This document shows, piece by piece, positions 31,645-41,545 of a stretch of 52,149 bases of DNA (position 1 is the stretch's first letter; every line of letters begins with the position of its first letter). Source of the DNA: Thermoplasmata archaeon (GTDB lineage: Archaea > Thermoplasmatota > Thermoplasmata > Thermoplasmatales > Thermoplasmataceae); assembly GCA_021799185.1 (NCBI GenBank), contig JAJZAW010000001.1, positions 1 through 52,149 on the forward strand, in the 5' to 3' direction. The notes beneath the pieces are model-generated. The model was not told where the DNA came from, made no database searches, and saw nothing but the letters and a program-made list of their open reading frames with translations. The position numbers and the translations under genes were made by a program.

Positions 31645-31902
31645 ATGTCTAATCCTGTGAGTTCTAGGCAGGATTTGGAACCAGATCTGAAGGATCTCCT
31701 TTACGTCATTGAAATGAGGTTTGGTCCCGTTGAATCCCATATTTTGGACAAGATTTTGTCTCTGAGTGAGCCATCAATAATTAACAGGCTTATTCTCGTT
31801 GCCGCCAACTGCAATTCTATTAAAACGCTGGAGGAGGAAATCCAGGGAGGCGACTTATTCAAAATAGCCGGGAGAAGATATGACCCGCTGTCTGGTGAGT
31901 GA
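31645..31902 (+). CDS. Small helical protein heading the nar operon (DUF4351-like pattern)
   Basis: VIEMRFG...ILDKI...RLILVAAN pattern; its stop abuts the narG ATG with GGTGA upstream. GTG 31657 is an alternative start. Confidence 0.65.
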   Translation: MSNPVSSRQDLEPDLKDLLYVIEMRFGPVESHILDKILSLSEPSIINRLILVAANCNSIKTLEEEIQGGDLFKIAGRRYDPLSGE

Positions 31903-34900
31903 ATGACTGAAACTATTAAGGAATCAGTGAAGGAAAAAACAAAAACAAAACAGGGCAACAAATGGCTGCATTATGATCCAAGACCAAGAGACTGGGAGAA
32001 AATTTATCGCAACAGATGGGACTACAGCAATGTGGTGAGGTCCACACATGGGGTCAACTGCACGGGCTCCTGCAGCTGGAAGGTCTATGTAAAGGATGGG
32101 ATAATAACCTGGGAAACACAGGCAACTGATTATCCATCAAACGGGTATAACTTTCCCGAATATGAGCCGAGAGGGTGCCCCAGGGGCGCTACATTTTCAT
32201 GGTATACCTACAGCCCCATGAGGGTGAAATACCCCTATATAAGAGGCGAACTGCTGAAACTGTGGAGGCAGGAGTTAAATGAGTCGGATAATCCAGTTGA
32301 AGCATGGGAAAAACTGACATCCGACCCGGAAAAAAGGCAAAAATACGTCCATGCCAGGGGAAAAGGTGGACTTGTGCGAAGCTCCTGGGAGGAGGTATCC
32401 CGGATAATATCTGCATCCCTTTTATCCACCATCAGGAAATATGGGCCGGATAGAATAGCTGGTTTCACTCCGATTCCCGCGATGTCCATGGTAAGCTACG
32501 CCTCCGGTTCGAGATTTTTATCCCTTATTGGGGGAAGCATGCTCAGTTTCTATGACTGGTACGCCGATCTGCCGCCTGCATCTCCCCAGATATGGGGTGA
32601 ACAGACAGATGTACCGGAAAGTGCTGACTGGTACAATTCGAAGTATTTCATAATATGGGGCACCAACCTTCCTATGACAAGGACCCCTGATGCCCATTTC
32701 ATGGTGGAGGCAAGGTACAATGGTACTAAGGTCGTTGGGGTGAGCCCCGATTACGCTGAATACATAAAATTCGCTGATGTATGGCTTCCAGCAAGGGCTG
32801 GGACAGATGCCGCCCTGGCACTTTCAATGGCCCATGTTATTGTAAAGGAATTTTACGTTGACAGGCAGGAGCCTTATTTTATAGATTATTCTAAAAAATA
32901 CACTGATCTTCCGTTCCTTGTGATACTTGACAGGGATGGAGATTCCTATGTATCTGGCAGATTTCTGCGTGCCAGTGATATGGGTTCCACCGAAGACAAA
33001 GCCCAGTGGAAAACTGTCATGTGGGATGCTAAGACCGGCAGACCGGCCATACCCATGGGAAGCGTCGGATACAGGTGGGATGGCTCATCCAAATGGAATC
33101 TGAAGCTTGAAACGGGAGATGGGCATCAAATAGAGCCTGCTCTGACATTTCTTGGAATAGAAGATATGATTGTGAAGGTCCAGTTTCCAGACTTCACAGA
33201 AGAGACAGGGAAGATTTCCTTCAGAAATATACCCGCCAAGACGCTGAAATTAAAAGATGGCAGAGAGATAGTAATAACAACAGTATTCGATCTCTTTGCA
33301 GGCAATCTGGGTGTGCCACGAAATATTGACGGAGACAAGGCGCTTAATTATGATTCCAACACTGCCTACACTCCCGCATGGCAGGAAAGGATAACGGGTG
33401 TAGACAGAAAGCTCGCGATCAAAGTTGCCAGGGAATTTGCCGAAAATGCAGCCCTGACGCACGGAAAATCAATGATTGCAATGGGTGCCGGAACCAATCA
33501 CTGGTATAATAGTGATGTCATCTACAGGAGCATAATAAGCCTGGTGCTTCTTACAGGGAGTCAGGGCGTTAATGGCGGAGGATGGGCACATTATGTTGGC
33601 CAGGAAAAGGTAAGGCCTTTCGAAGGCTGGAATAATATAGCCTTTGCTTCTGACTGGTATCCTGCTTCAAGATTGCAGAACGGAACATCATTTTTCTATC
33701 TTTCTTCTGATCAGTTCAGGTTTGAACAGAAAACTAACCCGCTTGCATTGACACCCTTCAAGGGCGAGTATACCGACAAACATCCTGCCGATCTTATTTC
33801 AATGGCGGTAAGGCTGGGCTGGCAGTCGAGCTATCCGCAATTCAACAGGAACCCGCTGGATCTCGCCCGGCAGGCTCTCTCCAAGGGCTGCAGCACGGAC
33901 GCCGAGATATCGGATTATATCATATCAGAGGTTATGAAAGGTGACCTCAGATTTTCTGTTGAAGAGCCAGATAACCCTGTGAATTTCCCCAGAATTCTTT
34001 TCAACTGGAGATCGAACCTTCTGGGCACACAGGGTAAGGGACATGAATACATCATAAAGTATCTGCTCGGAACTGGCGGCCATCCACTGGGCAATCCGGA
34101 GGAAAGCTGGAAACCTGAAGATATCAATGTCCCTGAAAATATACCGGAAGGGAAACTGGACCTTGTTGTAGATCTTGATTTTAGGATGTCAGGCTCTGCT
34201 CTATATTCAGATATTGTGCTTCCATCGGCCACGTGGTATGAGAAATTTGACATAAGCAGCACGGACATGCACCCTTTTATTCACCCCTTCAACGCCGCAA
34301 TTTCTCCACCGTGGGAAACCATGTCGGACTGGGAATCCTTCAAGTACATTGCAAAGGCATTTTCCAGCATGGCAGAAAAGTATCTCCCGGAAGCAGATGA
34401 CCTCATGGTCAACTCCATGCAACATGATACTCCTGGCGAAATATCCCAGCCTTTTGGTGTCATAGATGACTTCAAGAAAACGGGAAAGAAGCCGGCGGGT
34501 GGAGTTAACTTTCCTCTTGTGACCATCCTGAAGAGAGACTATGTCCATATATACGACATGATGGTTACGCTTGGCCCCCTTGAAAGGGAAAGGATTGCTG
34601 CAAAAGGTGTCGTCATCAGCGGTAAAAATGCTTATGAAGAACTTTTGAGGAAAGTGCCACAGTACAGCAAGCCGGGACCGGCGAGAGACCTTGCCATGAT
34701 GCTGGATGAAAGGCAGGTCGCAGAGTCAATAATGACAATATCAGGCGCCACAAACGGGAAGCGGGCCAAAGAAGAATGGGGCTTTATGGAAAAAAGGACC
34801 GGCTTGCAACTTGTGGACTCGTTCCACGGAGATGAAGAAATAAGCTATAGTTTTGATGACCTGGTTGCGCAACCCAGGAGGGCAATGACATCCCCAGTAT

Positions 34901-35577
34901 GGAGCGGCACTGAAACTGGGGGCCGCCAGTACTCACCATTTGTTGTGAACGTTGAGCATGATATACCGTGGAGGACCCTCACAGGTCGTCAGGCTTTTTA
35001 CCTGGACCATGAACTTATGAGACAGATGGCGGAGGCTCTGCCGGTTTATAAGCCGCCACTTGGAATTGCATTCTATACCAATCCTGAGGACGGAAGAAGG
35101 CTTGCTGAGGGCAAATCCATTACGGTGAGATATTTAACACCACATCAGAAATGGGGGATTCATTCCACATATTCGGATACGCCCACAATGCTGACGCTAT
35201 CCAGGGGTGGACAGCATATATGGATAAATGAGGAAGACGCCCGGGAGATAGATGTAAAGGACAACGACTGGGTGGAGATTTACAACATGAACGGTGTAAT
35301 CGTGGCGCGGGCCGTAACGACATACAGAATCCCGAGAGGAGACGCATTCATGTATCATGGCCAGGACAGGACAATAGGCGTTCCGGGCAGCAGCATAACA
35401 AATGATAGAGGGGGTAACAACAACAGCATGACGCGAATCATTCCAAAGGCCACCCATCTGATCGGTGGCTATGGGCAGCTATCATACTCCTTTAATTATT
35501 ATGGCCCTACAGGACACCAGCGTGATGCATATGCTTTCATAAGGAAGCTGAAGGAGGTGAAATGGCTTGAAGGTTAA
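31903..35577 (+). CDS. narG: Respiratory nitrate reductase alpha subunit
   Basis: FS0 motif STHGVNCTGSC...EPRGCPRG, Mo-ligand segment SFYDWYADLPP, GGGWAHYVGQEK, PWRTLTGRQ, TPHQKWGIHS. No twin-arginine signal. Confidence 0.97.
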   Translation: MTETIKESVKEKTKTKQGNKWLHYDPRPRDWEKIYRNRWDYSNVVRSTHGVNCTGSCSWKVYVKDGIITWETQATDYPSNGYNFPEYEPRGCPRGATFSWYTYSPMRVKYPYIRGELLKLWRQELNESDNPVEAWEKLTSDPEKRQKYVHARGKGGLVRSSWEEVSRIISASLLSTIRKYGPDRIAGFTPIPAMSMVSYASGSRFLSLIGGSMLSFYDWYADLPPASPQIWGEQTDVPESADWYNSKYFIIWGTNLPMTRTPDAHFMVEARYNGTKVVGVSPDYAEYIKFADVWLPARAGTDAALALSMAHVIVKEFYVDRQEPYFIDYSKKYTDLPFLVILDRDGDSYVSGRFLRASDMGSTEDKAQWKTVMWDAKTGRPAIPMGSVGYRWDGSSKWNLKLETGDGHQIEPALTFLGIEDMIVKVQFPDFTEETGKISFRNIPAKTLKLKDGREIVITTVFDLFAGNLGVPRNIDGDKALNYDSNTAYTPAWQERITGVDRKLAIKVAREFAENAALTHGKSMIAMGAGTNHWYNSDVIYRSIISLVLLTGSQGVNGGGWAHYVGQEKVRPFEGWNNIAFASDWYPASRLQNGTSFFYLSSDQFRFEQKTNPLALTPFKGEYTDKHPADLISMAVRLGWQSSYPQFNRNPLDLARQALSKGCSTDAEISDYIISEVMKGDLRFSVEEPDNPVNFPRILFNWRSNLLGTQGKGHEYIIKYLLGTGGHPLGNPEESWKPEDINVPENIPEGKLDLVVDLDFRMSGSALYSDIVLPSATWYEKFDISSTDMHPFIHPFNAAISPPWETMSDWESFKYIAKAFSSMAEKYLPEADDLMVNSMQHDTPGEISQPFGVIDDFKKTGKKPAGGVNFPLVTILKRDYVHIYDMMVTLGPLERERIAAKGVVISGKNAYEELLRKVPQYSKPGPARDLAMMLDERQVAESIMTISGATNGKRAKEEWGFMEKRTGLQLVDSFHGDEEISYSFDDLVAQPRRAMTSPVWSGTETGGRQYSPFVVNVEHDIPWRTLTGRQAFYLDHELMRQMAEALPVYKPPLGIAFYTNPEDGRRLAEGKSITVRYLTPHQKWGIHSTYSDTPTMLTLSRGGQHIWINEEDAREIDVKDNDWVEIYNMNGVIVARAVTTYRIPRGDAFMYHGQDRTIGVPGSSITNDRGGNNNSMTRIIPKATHLIGGYGQLSYSFNYYGPTGHQRDAYAFIRKLKEVKWLEG

Positions 35578-37060
35578 GGCACAGATAGCCATGGTCATGA
35601 ATCTGGACAAATGCATTGGATGCCATACCTGCAGCGTAACCTGCAAGAACGTATGGACCAACAGGCCAGGTGCTGAATACATGTGGTTCAACAATGTGGA
35701 AACAAGGCCCGGGCCAGGCTATCCAACAAAGTGGGAGGATCAGGGAAAATATAAGGGGGGATGGGTGCTTCACAATGGCAAATTGCGCCTGAGGTCAGGA
35801 GGATCGCTTCAGAGGCTTCTGAATATATTTTACAACCCTGATCTTCCAACAATTGATGATTACTACGAGCCGTGGAGCTACACATATTCCAACCTTATTG
35901 AAAGCAAGAGCAAGGAGCATCAGCCCGTTGTGCGGCCATATTCCCTCATATCGGGTGAATTCATGGATAAACCAGTGTGGGGCCCCAACTGGAACGATGA
36001 CCTGGCCGGCGGCGAGGAAACATCATCAATGGACCCGAATATTGCGAATATGCAGGAACATATCAAATTTCAGTATGAAAATTCATTTATGATGTACATG
36101 CCAAGAATATGCGAACACTGCCTGAATCCTGCCTGCGTTGCGGCCTGCCCAGCCGGCGCAATATACAAGAGGGAAGAGGACGGAATCGTGCTGGTGGATC
36201 AGGATTCCTGCCGTGGATGGAGGTTCTGTGTTACGGCATGCCCATACAAGAAGGTATATTATAACTGGAATACGCACAAGTCAGAAAAGTGCACATTCTG
36301 CTATCCAAGAATTGAAGCAGGGCTCCCCACTGTATGCTCTGAAACATGCGTGGGCAGAATCAGATATCTTGGTCCCATATTCTACGATTCAGACAGGATA
36401 GAGGAAATGGCTTCAAAAAAAGACCCAAAGGATCTGTATGAATCTCAACTGTCAATATTCCTGGACCCGTTTGACAGTGAAGTCATAGAAAACGCAAGAA
36501 AAGAAGGGATCAATGATTCCTGGATCAGGGCGGCACAGGATTCTCCTGTTTATAAAATGGCTGTAAAGTGGAAGGTTGCTCTCCCTCTTCATCCAGAATT
36601 CCGAACACTTCCCATGGTGTGGTATGTCCCTCCCCTCAGCCCAATTTTGCATACCATTGAGGACGAATCCAGCATTCCAGGCGACGCTTACATACCACTT
36701 GTGGATTCCATGAGAATTCCAATGGAATATCTGGCATCAATACTGTCTGCAGGCGATACAGGCGTTATCAGAAGTGTTTTGCTCAAGATGTGCACCATGC
36801 GAACATACATGAGAAACCTTAATCTGAAAGGGTCTGGAAACTCAGAACTTCTTAAGGAAACTGGATTAGCGGAGAATGATGTGGTTGAAATGGCCAGGAT
36901 GTTTGGCGTTTCAAAATATGAAGAAAGATTTGTAATACCTACCGGAAGGCGGGAAGCTGTGGATGACGCATCGTTCATTCAGGGGTCATGCAGCCTTGAA
37001 GGCATTGCGCCGGAAGAGGGACTGGTAGTCCCAAAGCTTAAGGGTGGTGGCAAATTTTGA
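35567..37060 (+). CDS. narH: Respiratory nitrate reductase beta subunit
   Basis: LDKCIGCHTCSVTCK, CEHCLNPACVAACP, CRGWRFCVTACPY, KCTFCYPR; TTG start after a GGAGGTG Shine-Dalgarno. Confidence 0.97.
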   Translation: MKVKAQIAMVMNLDKCIGCHTCSVTCKNVWTNRPGAEYMWFNNVETRPGPGYPTKWEDQGKYKGGWVLHNGKLRLRSGGSLQRLLNIFYNPDLPTIDDYYEPWSYTYSNLIESKSKEHQPVVRPYSLISGEFMDKPVWGPNWNDDLAGGEETSSMDPNIANMQEHIKFQYENSFMMYMPRICEHCLNPACVAACPAGAIYKREEDGIVLVDQDSCRGWRFCVTACPYKKVYYNWNTHKSEKCTFCYPRIEAGLPTVCSETCVGRIRYLGPIFYDSDRIEEMASKKDPKDLYESQLSIFLDPFDSEVIENARKEGINDSWIRAAQDSPVYKMAVKWKVALPLHPEFRTLPMVWYVPPLSPILHTIEDESSIPGDAYIPLVDSMRIPMEYLASILSAGDTGVIRSVLLKMCTMRTYMRNLNLKGSGNSELLKETGLAENDVVEMARMFGVSKYEERFVIPTGRREAVDDASFIQGSCSLEGIAPEEGLVVPKLKGGGKF

Positions 37061-37635
37061 AGAGTTTTGAACCTGATCTGCTGAATGCATGTGCCATAAT
37101 CCTTGATTACCCTGATTATAATACCGCTGAAGATGAAATTTCAGCCATAAACGAGCAGTACCATGGAGAAAGCGATTCAGTGGCTGTTTTTCTGGATTAC
37201 CTTAAGGCAAAGGACATAATTGATCTGCAATCGGAATATGTTGATACATTTGATCTTTCCGGAACCCCTCTTTTTCTCACAGCCTGGGAATTCGGTGACA
37301 GCAGGAATCGTGGGCCTGAACTGATGAAGCTCAAGAAGATGATCGAATCCAACGGCTTCAGGATAAGAAAAGGCCAGATTCCGGATTATATCCCGCTTCT
37401 CCTTTCGTTCATTTCTGAAATTGGGCCTGAAAAAATCCCGCAGGATTTTGAATCCAGGCTCCACAGATATTTTGAAACTCTCAGTAACAAGCTCCGCAAC
37501 ACCATTTACGGTTCAATCTTCCTAATGCTGTCGGATATTTTTCAGGAGATGGTGCCACTGCCCGAGATAAGTCCCGAGAAAGCCGATTCGGGGGAAATGC
37601 CATTTCCATTGAGGTATAACGGGGAGGAGTACTGA
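37057..37635 (+). CDS. narJ: Nitrate reductase Moco-insertion chaperone
   Basis: ILDYP, LQSEYVDTFD, GDSRNRG, PDYIPLLL. Confidence 0.9.
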   Translation: MKSFEPDLLNACAIILDYPDYNTAEDEISAINEQYHGESDSVAVFLDYLKAKDIIDLQSEYVDTFDLSGTPLFLTAWEFGDSRNRGPELMKLKKMIESNGFRIRKGQIPDYIPLLLSFISEIGPEKIPQDFESRLHRYFETLSNKLRNTIYGSIFLMLSDIFQEMVPLPEISPEKADSGEMPFPLRYNGEEY

Positions 37636-38372
37636 TGGTAAACTTCCTTTCACAGCTTGCCTGGGTAATATACCCTTATCTTTCATTCTCGCTGATGGTA
37701 ATTGGCGTTGTTTACAGATTCAGAAACAGGCCGCTTACAATAACATCCAAGTCCAGTGAGCTCCTGGAGAGGCGAAATCTTGCCTGGGGCTCAAGGGCAT
37801 TTCACTATGGAATTATATTCGTTATACTGGGCCATTTCGCAGGCCTTTTTGTGCCCTTATCATTCCTGCACAGCATTGGAGTTTCGGATTATCTGAACTT
37901 CATTGTTTCTGTTCTTGCAGGTGGCGTATTTGGCATCATGGCATGGATTGGGCTTGCCATACTCATAGGAAGGAGGCTGTTAATTAAGAGAGTGCGTGTT
38001 ACATCCAATTTCGCAGATACATATGTTCTCATCCTTCTTCTAGTCATAATGTCCTTTGGCCTCTCCCTGACCCTGGGATATGATCCTCTATACGGATCAC
38101 TCGCATACAACACTGCGATGTCAAATATAAGCCAGTGGATCACGGGTTTCTTTTTATTTCATCCTGATGCAGCATATATGAGCACAGTTCCACTTATCTT
38201 CAAGATCCACATACTGATTTCATTTCTGCTTTATCCCTCCATACCATTCACGAGACTCACGCACATATTCACAACGCCTGTTCGTTATCTGTACAGGAAG
38301 CCTATTGTCTTCAGAAGCATAGAAGGTCAGAATACCAACAGTGAAGCAATGAATACGCTGAGATTCAAATGA
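37635..38372 (+). CDS. narI: Nitrate reductase gamma subunit (cytochrome b)
   Basis: KSSELLE; four heme His in FHYGI..GHF and KIHIL..PFTRLTH; five TM segments. Confidence 0.95.
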   Translation: MVNFLSQLAWVIYPYLSFSLMVIGVVYRFRNRPLTITSKSSELLERRNLAWGSRAFHYGIIFVILGHFAGLFVPLSFLHSIGVSDYLNFIVSVLAGGVFGIMAWIGLAILIGRRLLIKRVRVTSNFADTYVLILLLVIMSFGLSLTLGYDPLYGSLAYNTAMSNISQWITGFFLFHPDAAYMSTVPLIFKIHILISFLLYPSIPFTRLTHIFTTPVRYLYRKPIVFRSIEGQNTNSEAMNTLRFK

Positions 38373-39472
38373 CAGCAGAACATGTGTTCAGGAAACAGTG
38401 GAATGGCGTTGCTGGGGATCTGCTTCCCGCATACTTCGCCATGGTTATGGCTACCGGCATAGTGTCCATAGCTTCCACACTGTACGGGCTGATCCTATTT
38501 GCCCATGTTCTGTTTTATATTGATCTGTCTGCTTATATAATCCTATGGATATTTTCTGCTGAAAGGATACTGTTTTTCAGAAACAGATATGCTGAAGATC
38601 TGCGGGATCACGCCAGGGGGCCCGGATTTTTCACCGTCGTAGCCGGGACGAATACCCTGGGTTCTGTTTTTGTGGTGGTAATGAAGGATGATACAATTGC
38701 ATTTTTCCTGTGGATAATTGGCTTCCTGCTCTGGCTATTCTATCAGTATTATATATTTACAGCGCTATCAATTAGCAAAACAAAGCCTCTGGTTGAGAAA
38801 GGCATAAATGGCACATGGCTGGTGGCAACAGTCTCCACGCAATCGGTATCTGTGCTGGCCGCTCAGCTATCCCAGCTGCACCACTGGATGTTCCTTATTT
38901 CAATAATCATGTACTTTATTGGCTGGATGACCTATGTCCTGGTAATGTCTCTTATCAACTACCGTCTCCTTTTCCTTAAGCTCGATACCGATGATATCAT
39001 GGGCCCGTACTGGATAAACATGGGCGCAACCGCCATCACCACACTTGCAGGGGCACTCATTCTGATTGATGGCAGCACCCCTGCATTTTCGTCAATGCTT
39101 GGGCTTTTCAGGCCATTCATAGCCGGTGCCACATTCCTTATGTGGGCATATGGCAGCTGGTGGATACCGTGGCTTGTAATAATAGGCATATGGAAGTATT
39201 CTGTTGGTGGAGGCAAGATTGTAAGCTACGATCCGCTGTTTTGGGGCGGCGTATTTCCCATGGGCATGTATACTGTCTCAACATACATGCTGGTGAAAGC
39301 CGCTTCGCTGAATGAGCTGTCATTCATACCCCGCTACTTTCTGTATGTAGCCATTATAGCCTGGATATATGAGTTTCTTGGGCTGCTGATCCGGATTGCA
39401 GAAAGGCTATCCGGCAAATGGAATTTCAAACAGAAAACAAAAGAGGGAACTGCGAATACGGATGTGAAATAG
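38369..39472 (+). CDS. TDT/SLAC1 (tellurite-resistance/C4-dicarboxylate) family anion channel
   Basis: PAYFAMVMATGIVS, GFFTVVAG, NGTWLVATVSTQS, PYWINMGATAI, FWGGVFPMGMY; ~10 TM; ATGA overlap with the narI stop. Confidence 0.9.
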   Translation: MTAEHVFRKQWNGVAGDLLPAYFAMVMATGIVSIASTLYGLILFAHVLFYIDLSAYIILWIFSAERILFFRNRYAEDLRDHARGPGFFTVVAGTNTLGSVFVVVMKDDTIAFFLWIIGFLLWLFYQYYIFTALSISKTKPLVEKGINGTWLVATVSTQSVSVLAAQLSQLHHWMFLISIIMYFIGWMTYVLVMSLINYRLLFLKLDTDDIMGPYWINMGATAITTLAGALILIDGSTPAFSSMLGLFRPFIAGATFLMWAYGSWWIPWLVIIGIWKYSVGGGKIVSYDPLFWGGVFPMGMYTVSTYMLVKAASLNELSFIPRYFLYVAIIAWIYEFLGLLIRIAERLSGKWNFKQKTKEGTANTDVK

Positions 39473-39895
39473 ATGACAGGACCAGCCTTAAAAAAAGCTG
39501 ACTCGCATCGTATGATACATTCAGCAGCCAGGGGAGAGATAGAGGAAGCAACCATGTTCCTGGAAAGATTTCATGAGAACAGTGAAGATGTGAACAATCT
39601 TGCCTTGCAGGCAGTTGTGGAGCTGTGGAAATCCAAGGTTATAGCACATGCGGAAGAAGAAGAAAACACCCTATACCGGGATATTGAAAAAATTGATATT
39701 AAATTTAATCCGGTAATTGAAAGGCTTTCAAGAGATCATGAGGTGCTGCGAAAACTCTGCGGCATGCTTGAATCCGAAATGTCGAAAAAGGATTACATGC
39801 ATGCACTGCAAATTGCCCATGCACTCATGCTTCTGAATGACATTCATTCAGGGGATGAAATATCATTGATAAGGGAAGTAGAGAATAACCTCTAA
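39473..39895 (+). CDS. Hemerythrin-domain protein
   Basis: HRMIH, HAEEEE, RDHEVL, HSGDE metal-ligand pattern. Confidence 0.8.
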   Translation: MTGPALKKADSHRMIHSAARGEIEEATMFLERFHENSEDVNNLALQAVVELWKSKVIAHAEEEENTLYRDIEKIDIKFNPVIERLSRDHEVLRKLCGMLESEMSKKDYMHALQIAHALMLLNDIHSGDEISLIREVENNL

Positions 39896-39992
39896 TCATG
39901 CACTGGCCACAGTATGTGGCAAAATGCAGCTTCATCTGCATTAACCCGTTGCAATGGGCCAGAAACCATTGGATTAATTGAAGGTGCGGTTA

Positions 39993-40018
39993 TGGATGCC
40001 TGTATCTTTAGGGGTCAA
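39993..40018 (+). promoter_or_regulatory. Palindromic operator, copy 2 (DUF2249-cupin promoter)
   Basis: TGGATGCCTGTA-TC-TTTAGGGGTCAA; 40004-40018 is the exact reverse complement of 31599-31613 (15 bp). Confidence 0.65.
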
Positions 40019-40047
40019 ATCCTAATATGCACCAGACTTATGTTTTT

Positions 40048-40680
40048 ATGGACGCAGAAAGTTCAGTAAGAAAAACCATTGATGCAAGAGAGATAGAACC
40101 ACGAGTAAGGCACGAAGTTATCTTCGGCGAGTTTAAAAAATTGAATGAGGGCGAAATGCTTGACGTCATTGTGGATCATGAACCGGATCATCTTCTCATG
40201 CATATGGAACATGTGGGCCTTCCTGTGGATGCGGAAAGATATTCCGCGGAACAGCTGGAAAACGGGCTATGGGTCGGCCATTTCGTTAAATCAGCAAAAA
40301 AGGATGCTGCGGAGACCACGGTCGCCACGGACTATGAGCGAAGCCGGTCATATAACGAAAGCAGATTTTCTGCAGTACCTGTGTTTGCCAATGACAAATA
40401 TGGAGTTCTATTGACTTATTTAAAAGCTGGTCAGTTCATACCGGTGCATTCGCCGGGTGTGGATCTGGTATTCCAGGTTTTCAAGGGCGTTGGAACAGCC
40501 ACTGTGGGCGATAAAGAAGTAAAACTGAAGCCCGGGAGCCTCATAATAGTTCCGCGCGGGCAGAAAAGAGGCATAAAGGCAACCACAGATATGGAAGGCG
40601 TACACATTGTGGTTCCATTTCCAGCAGAAGGAGATCATGAAGAGGTTGAGAAAAAACTGGCATCGGGGAAATACGCGTGA
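40048..40680 (+). CDS. DUF2249 domain fused to a cupin domain
   Basis: IDAREIEPRVRHEVIF...VDHEP (DUF2249); LKAGQFIPVHSP...VPRG (cupin). ATG 40048 preferred from promoter spacing. Confidence 0.8.
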   Translation: MDAESSVRKTIDAREIEPRVRHEVIFGEFKKLNEGEMLDVIVDHEPDHLLMHMEHVGLPVDAERYSAEQLENGLWVGHFVKSAKKDAAETTVATDYERSRSYNESRFSAVPVFANDKYGVLLTYLKAGQFIPVHSPGVDLVFQVFKGVGTATVGDKEVKLKPGSLIIVPRGQKRGIKATTDMEGVHIVVPFPAEGDHEEVEKKLASGKYA

Positions 40681-40721
40681 CCTGGCAGTGGAGCCTGCAT
40701 GATATTTTCCAATAACCAGGA

Positions 40722-41195
40722 TCATTTTTCAATTGTGCTATTTTTTCTTTTGTAGGTTCCAGGGATTGCGCCGAATGCCACGTTTAAGCGGTTCCAGGAA
40801 TTTATGGCCACCACGGCTGCGGTTAATGCCACGAGGCCCTCCTGGCCGAATTCCTCTGCCATTTCTCTGTAGAGTTCATCATCAACGCTGTGCTGTGATA
40901 TATTTGTGATGGTTTCACACCATTCCAGGGCTAGCTTCTCTCTGCGGCTGAACTGTGGGGCTTCCCTCCATGCACTGACAAGAAACAGCCTCTGGGCAGT
41001 TTCACCGTTTGCCAGAGCGTCCTTGGTATGCATATCTATGCACCAGCCACACCTGTTTATCTGCGACGCCCTTAGTTTTATAAGTTCCAATAGAGAATCC
41101 TCAAGCCCGGAAGAATGTACATAAGATTCCAGCCCCAGAAGTGATCTGTAAAGTTCAGGGGAGGTTTCGGCGTAATTTAATCTGGTAGCGTCCAT
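40722..41195 (-). CDS. AhpD/carboxymuconolactone decarboxylase family protein
   Basis: ELIKLRASQINRCGWCIDMH and INSWNRL motifs. Confidence 0.9.
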   Translation of the reverse strand: MDATRLNYAETSPELYRSLLGLESYVHSSGLEDSLLELIKLRASQINRCGWCIDMHTKDALANGETAQRLFLVSAWREAPQFSRREKLALEWCETITNISQHSVDDELYREMAEEFGQEGLVALTAAVVAINSWNRLNVAFGAIPGTYKRKNSTIEK

Positions 41196-41545
41196 AGTAA
41201 TGCATAAGGAGCATGTACTTAATCATTAAGTGAATGCGGAAATCAGTAAACTTGAAATATTATCTGAAGCCTTAGCTGAATGAATCTGCCATTTGATCAC
41301 CATTGATTCCGTGCTATCTGTTTTTAGTTTCACTCTCTCCATGGTTCTCGCGTGCCTTTCCATGAAGAGCAGGATGTGTATTCAGTCACATCACATACGA
41401 TCTTATTGCTTCCGCGTAAGCTTCACAAAAGCCAAGAAAAAGGCTGCCGGCAGTTACAAATATGAATCGAAATGGGCCAGGCTTTATGAATGTTGCACAA
41501 TATTTTATCTCTCATGCCCATATGATGGCAGAGCAGAAGGCATGC

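Noticed and set aside
31599..40018. 15-bp perfect inverted repeats flanking the nar operon, read as transposon ends
   Set aside because: They are opposite arms of a palindrome with a third full copy at 41546. All three sit at promoters, and no target duplication or transposase is associated.
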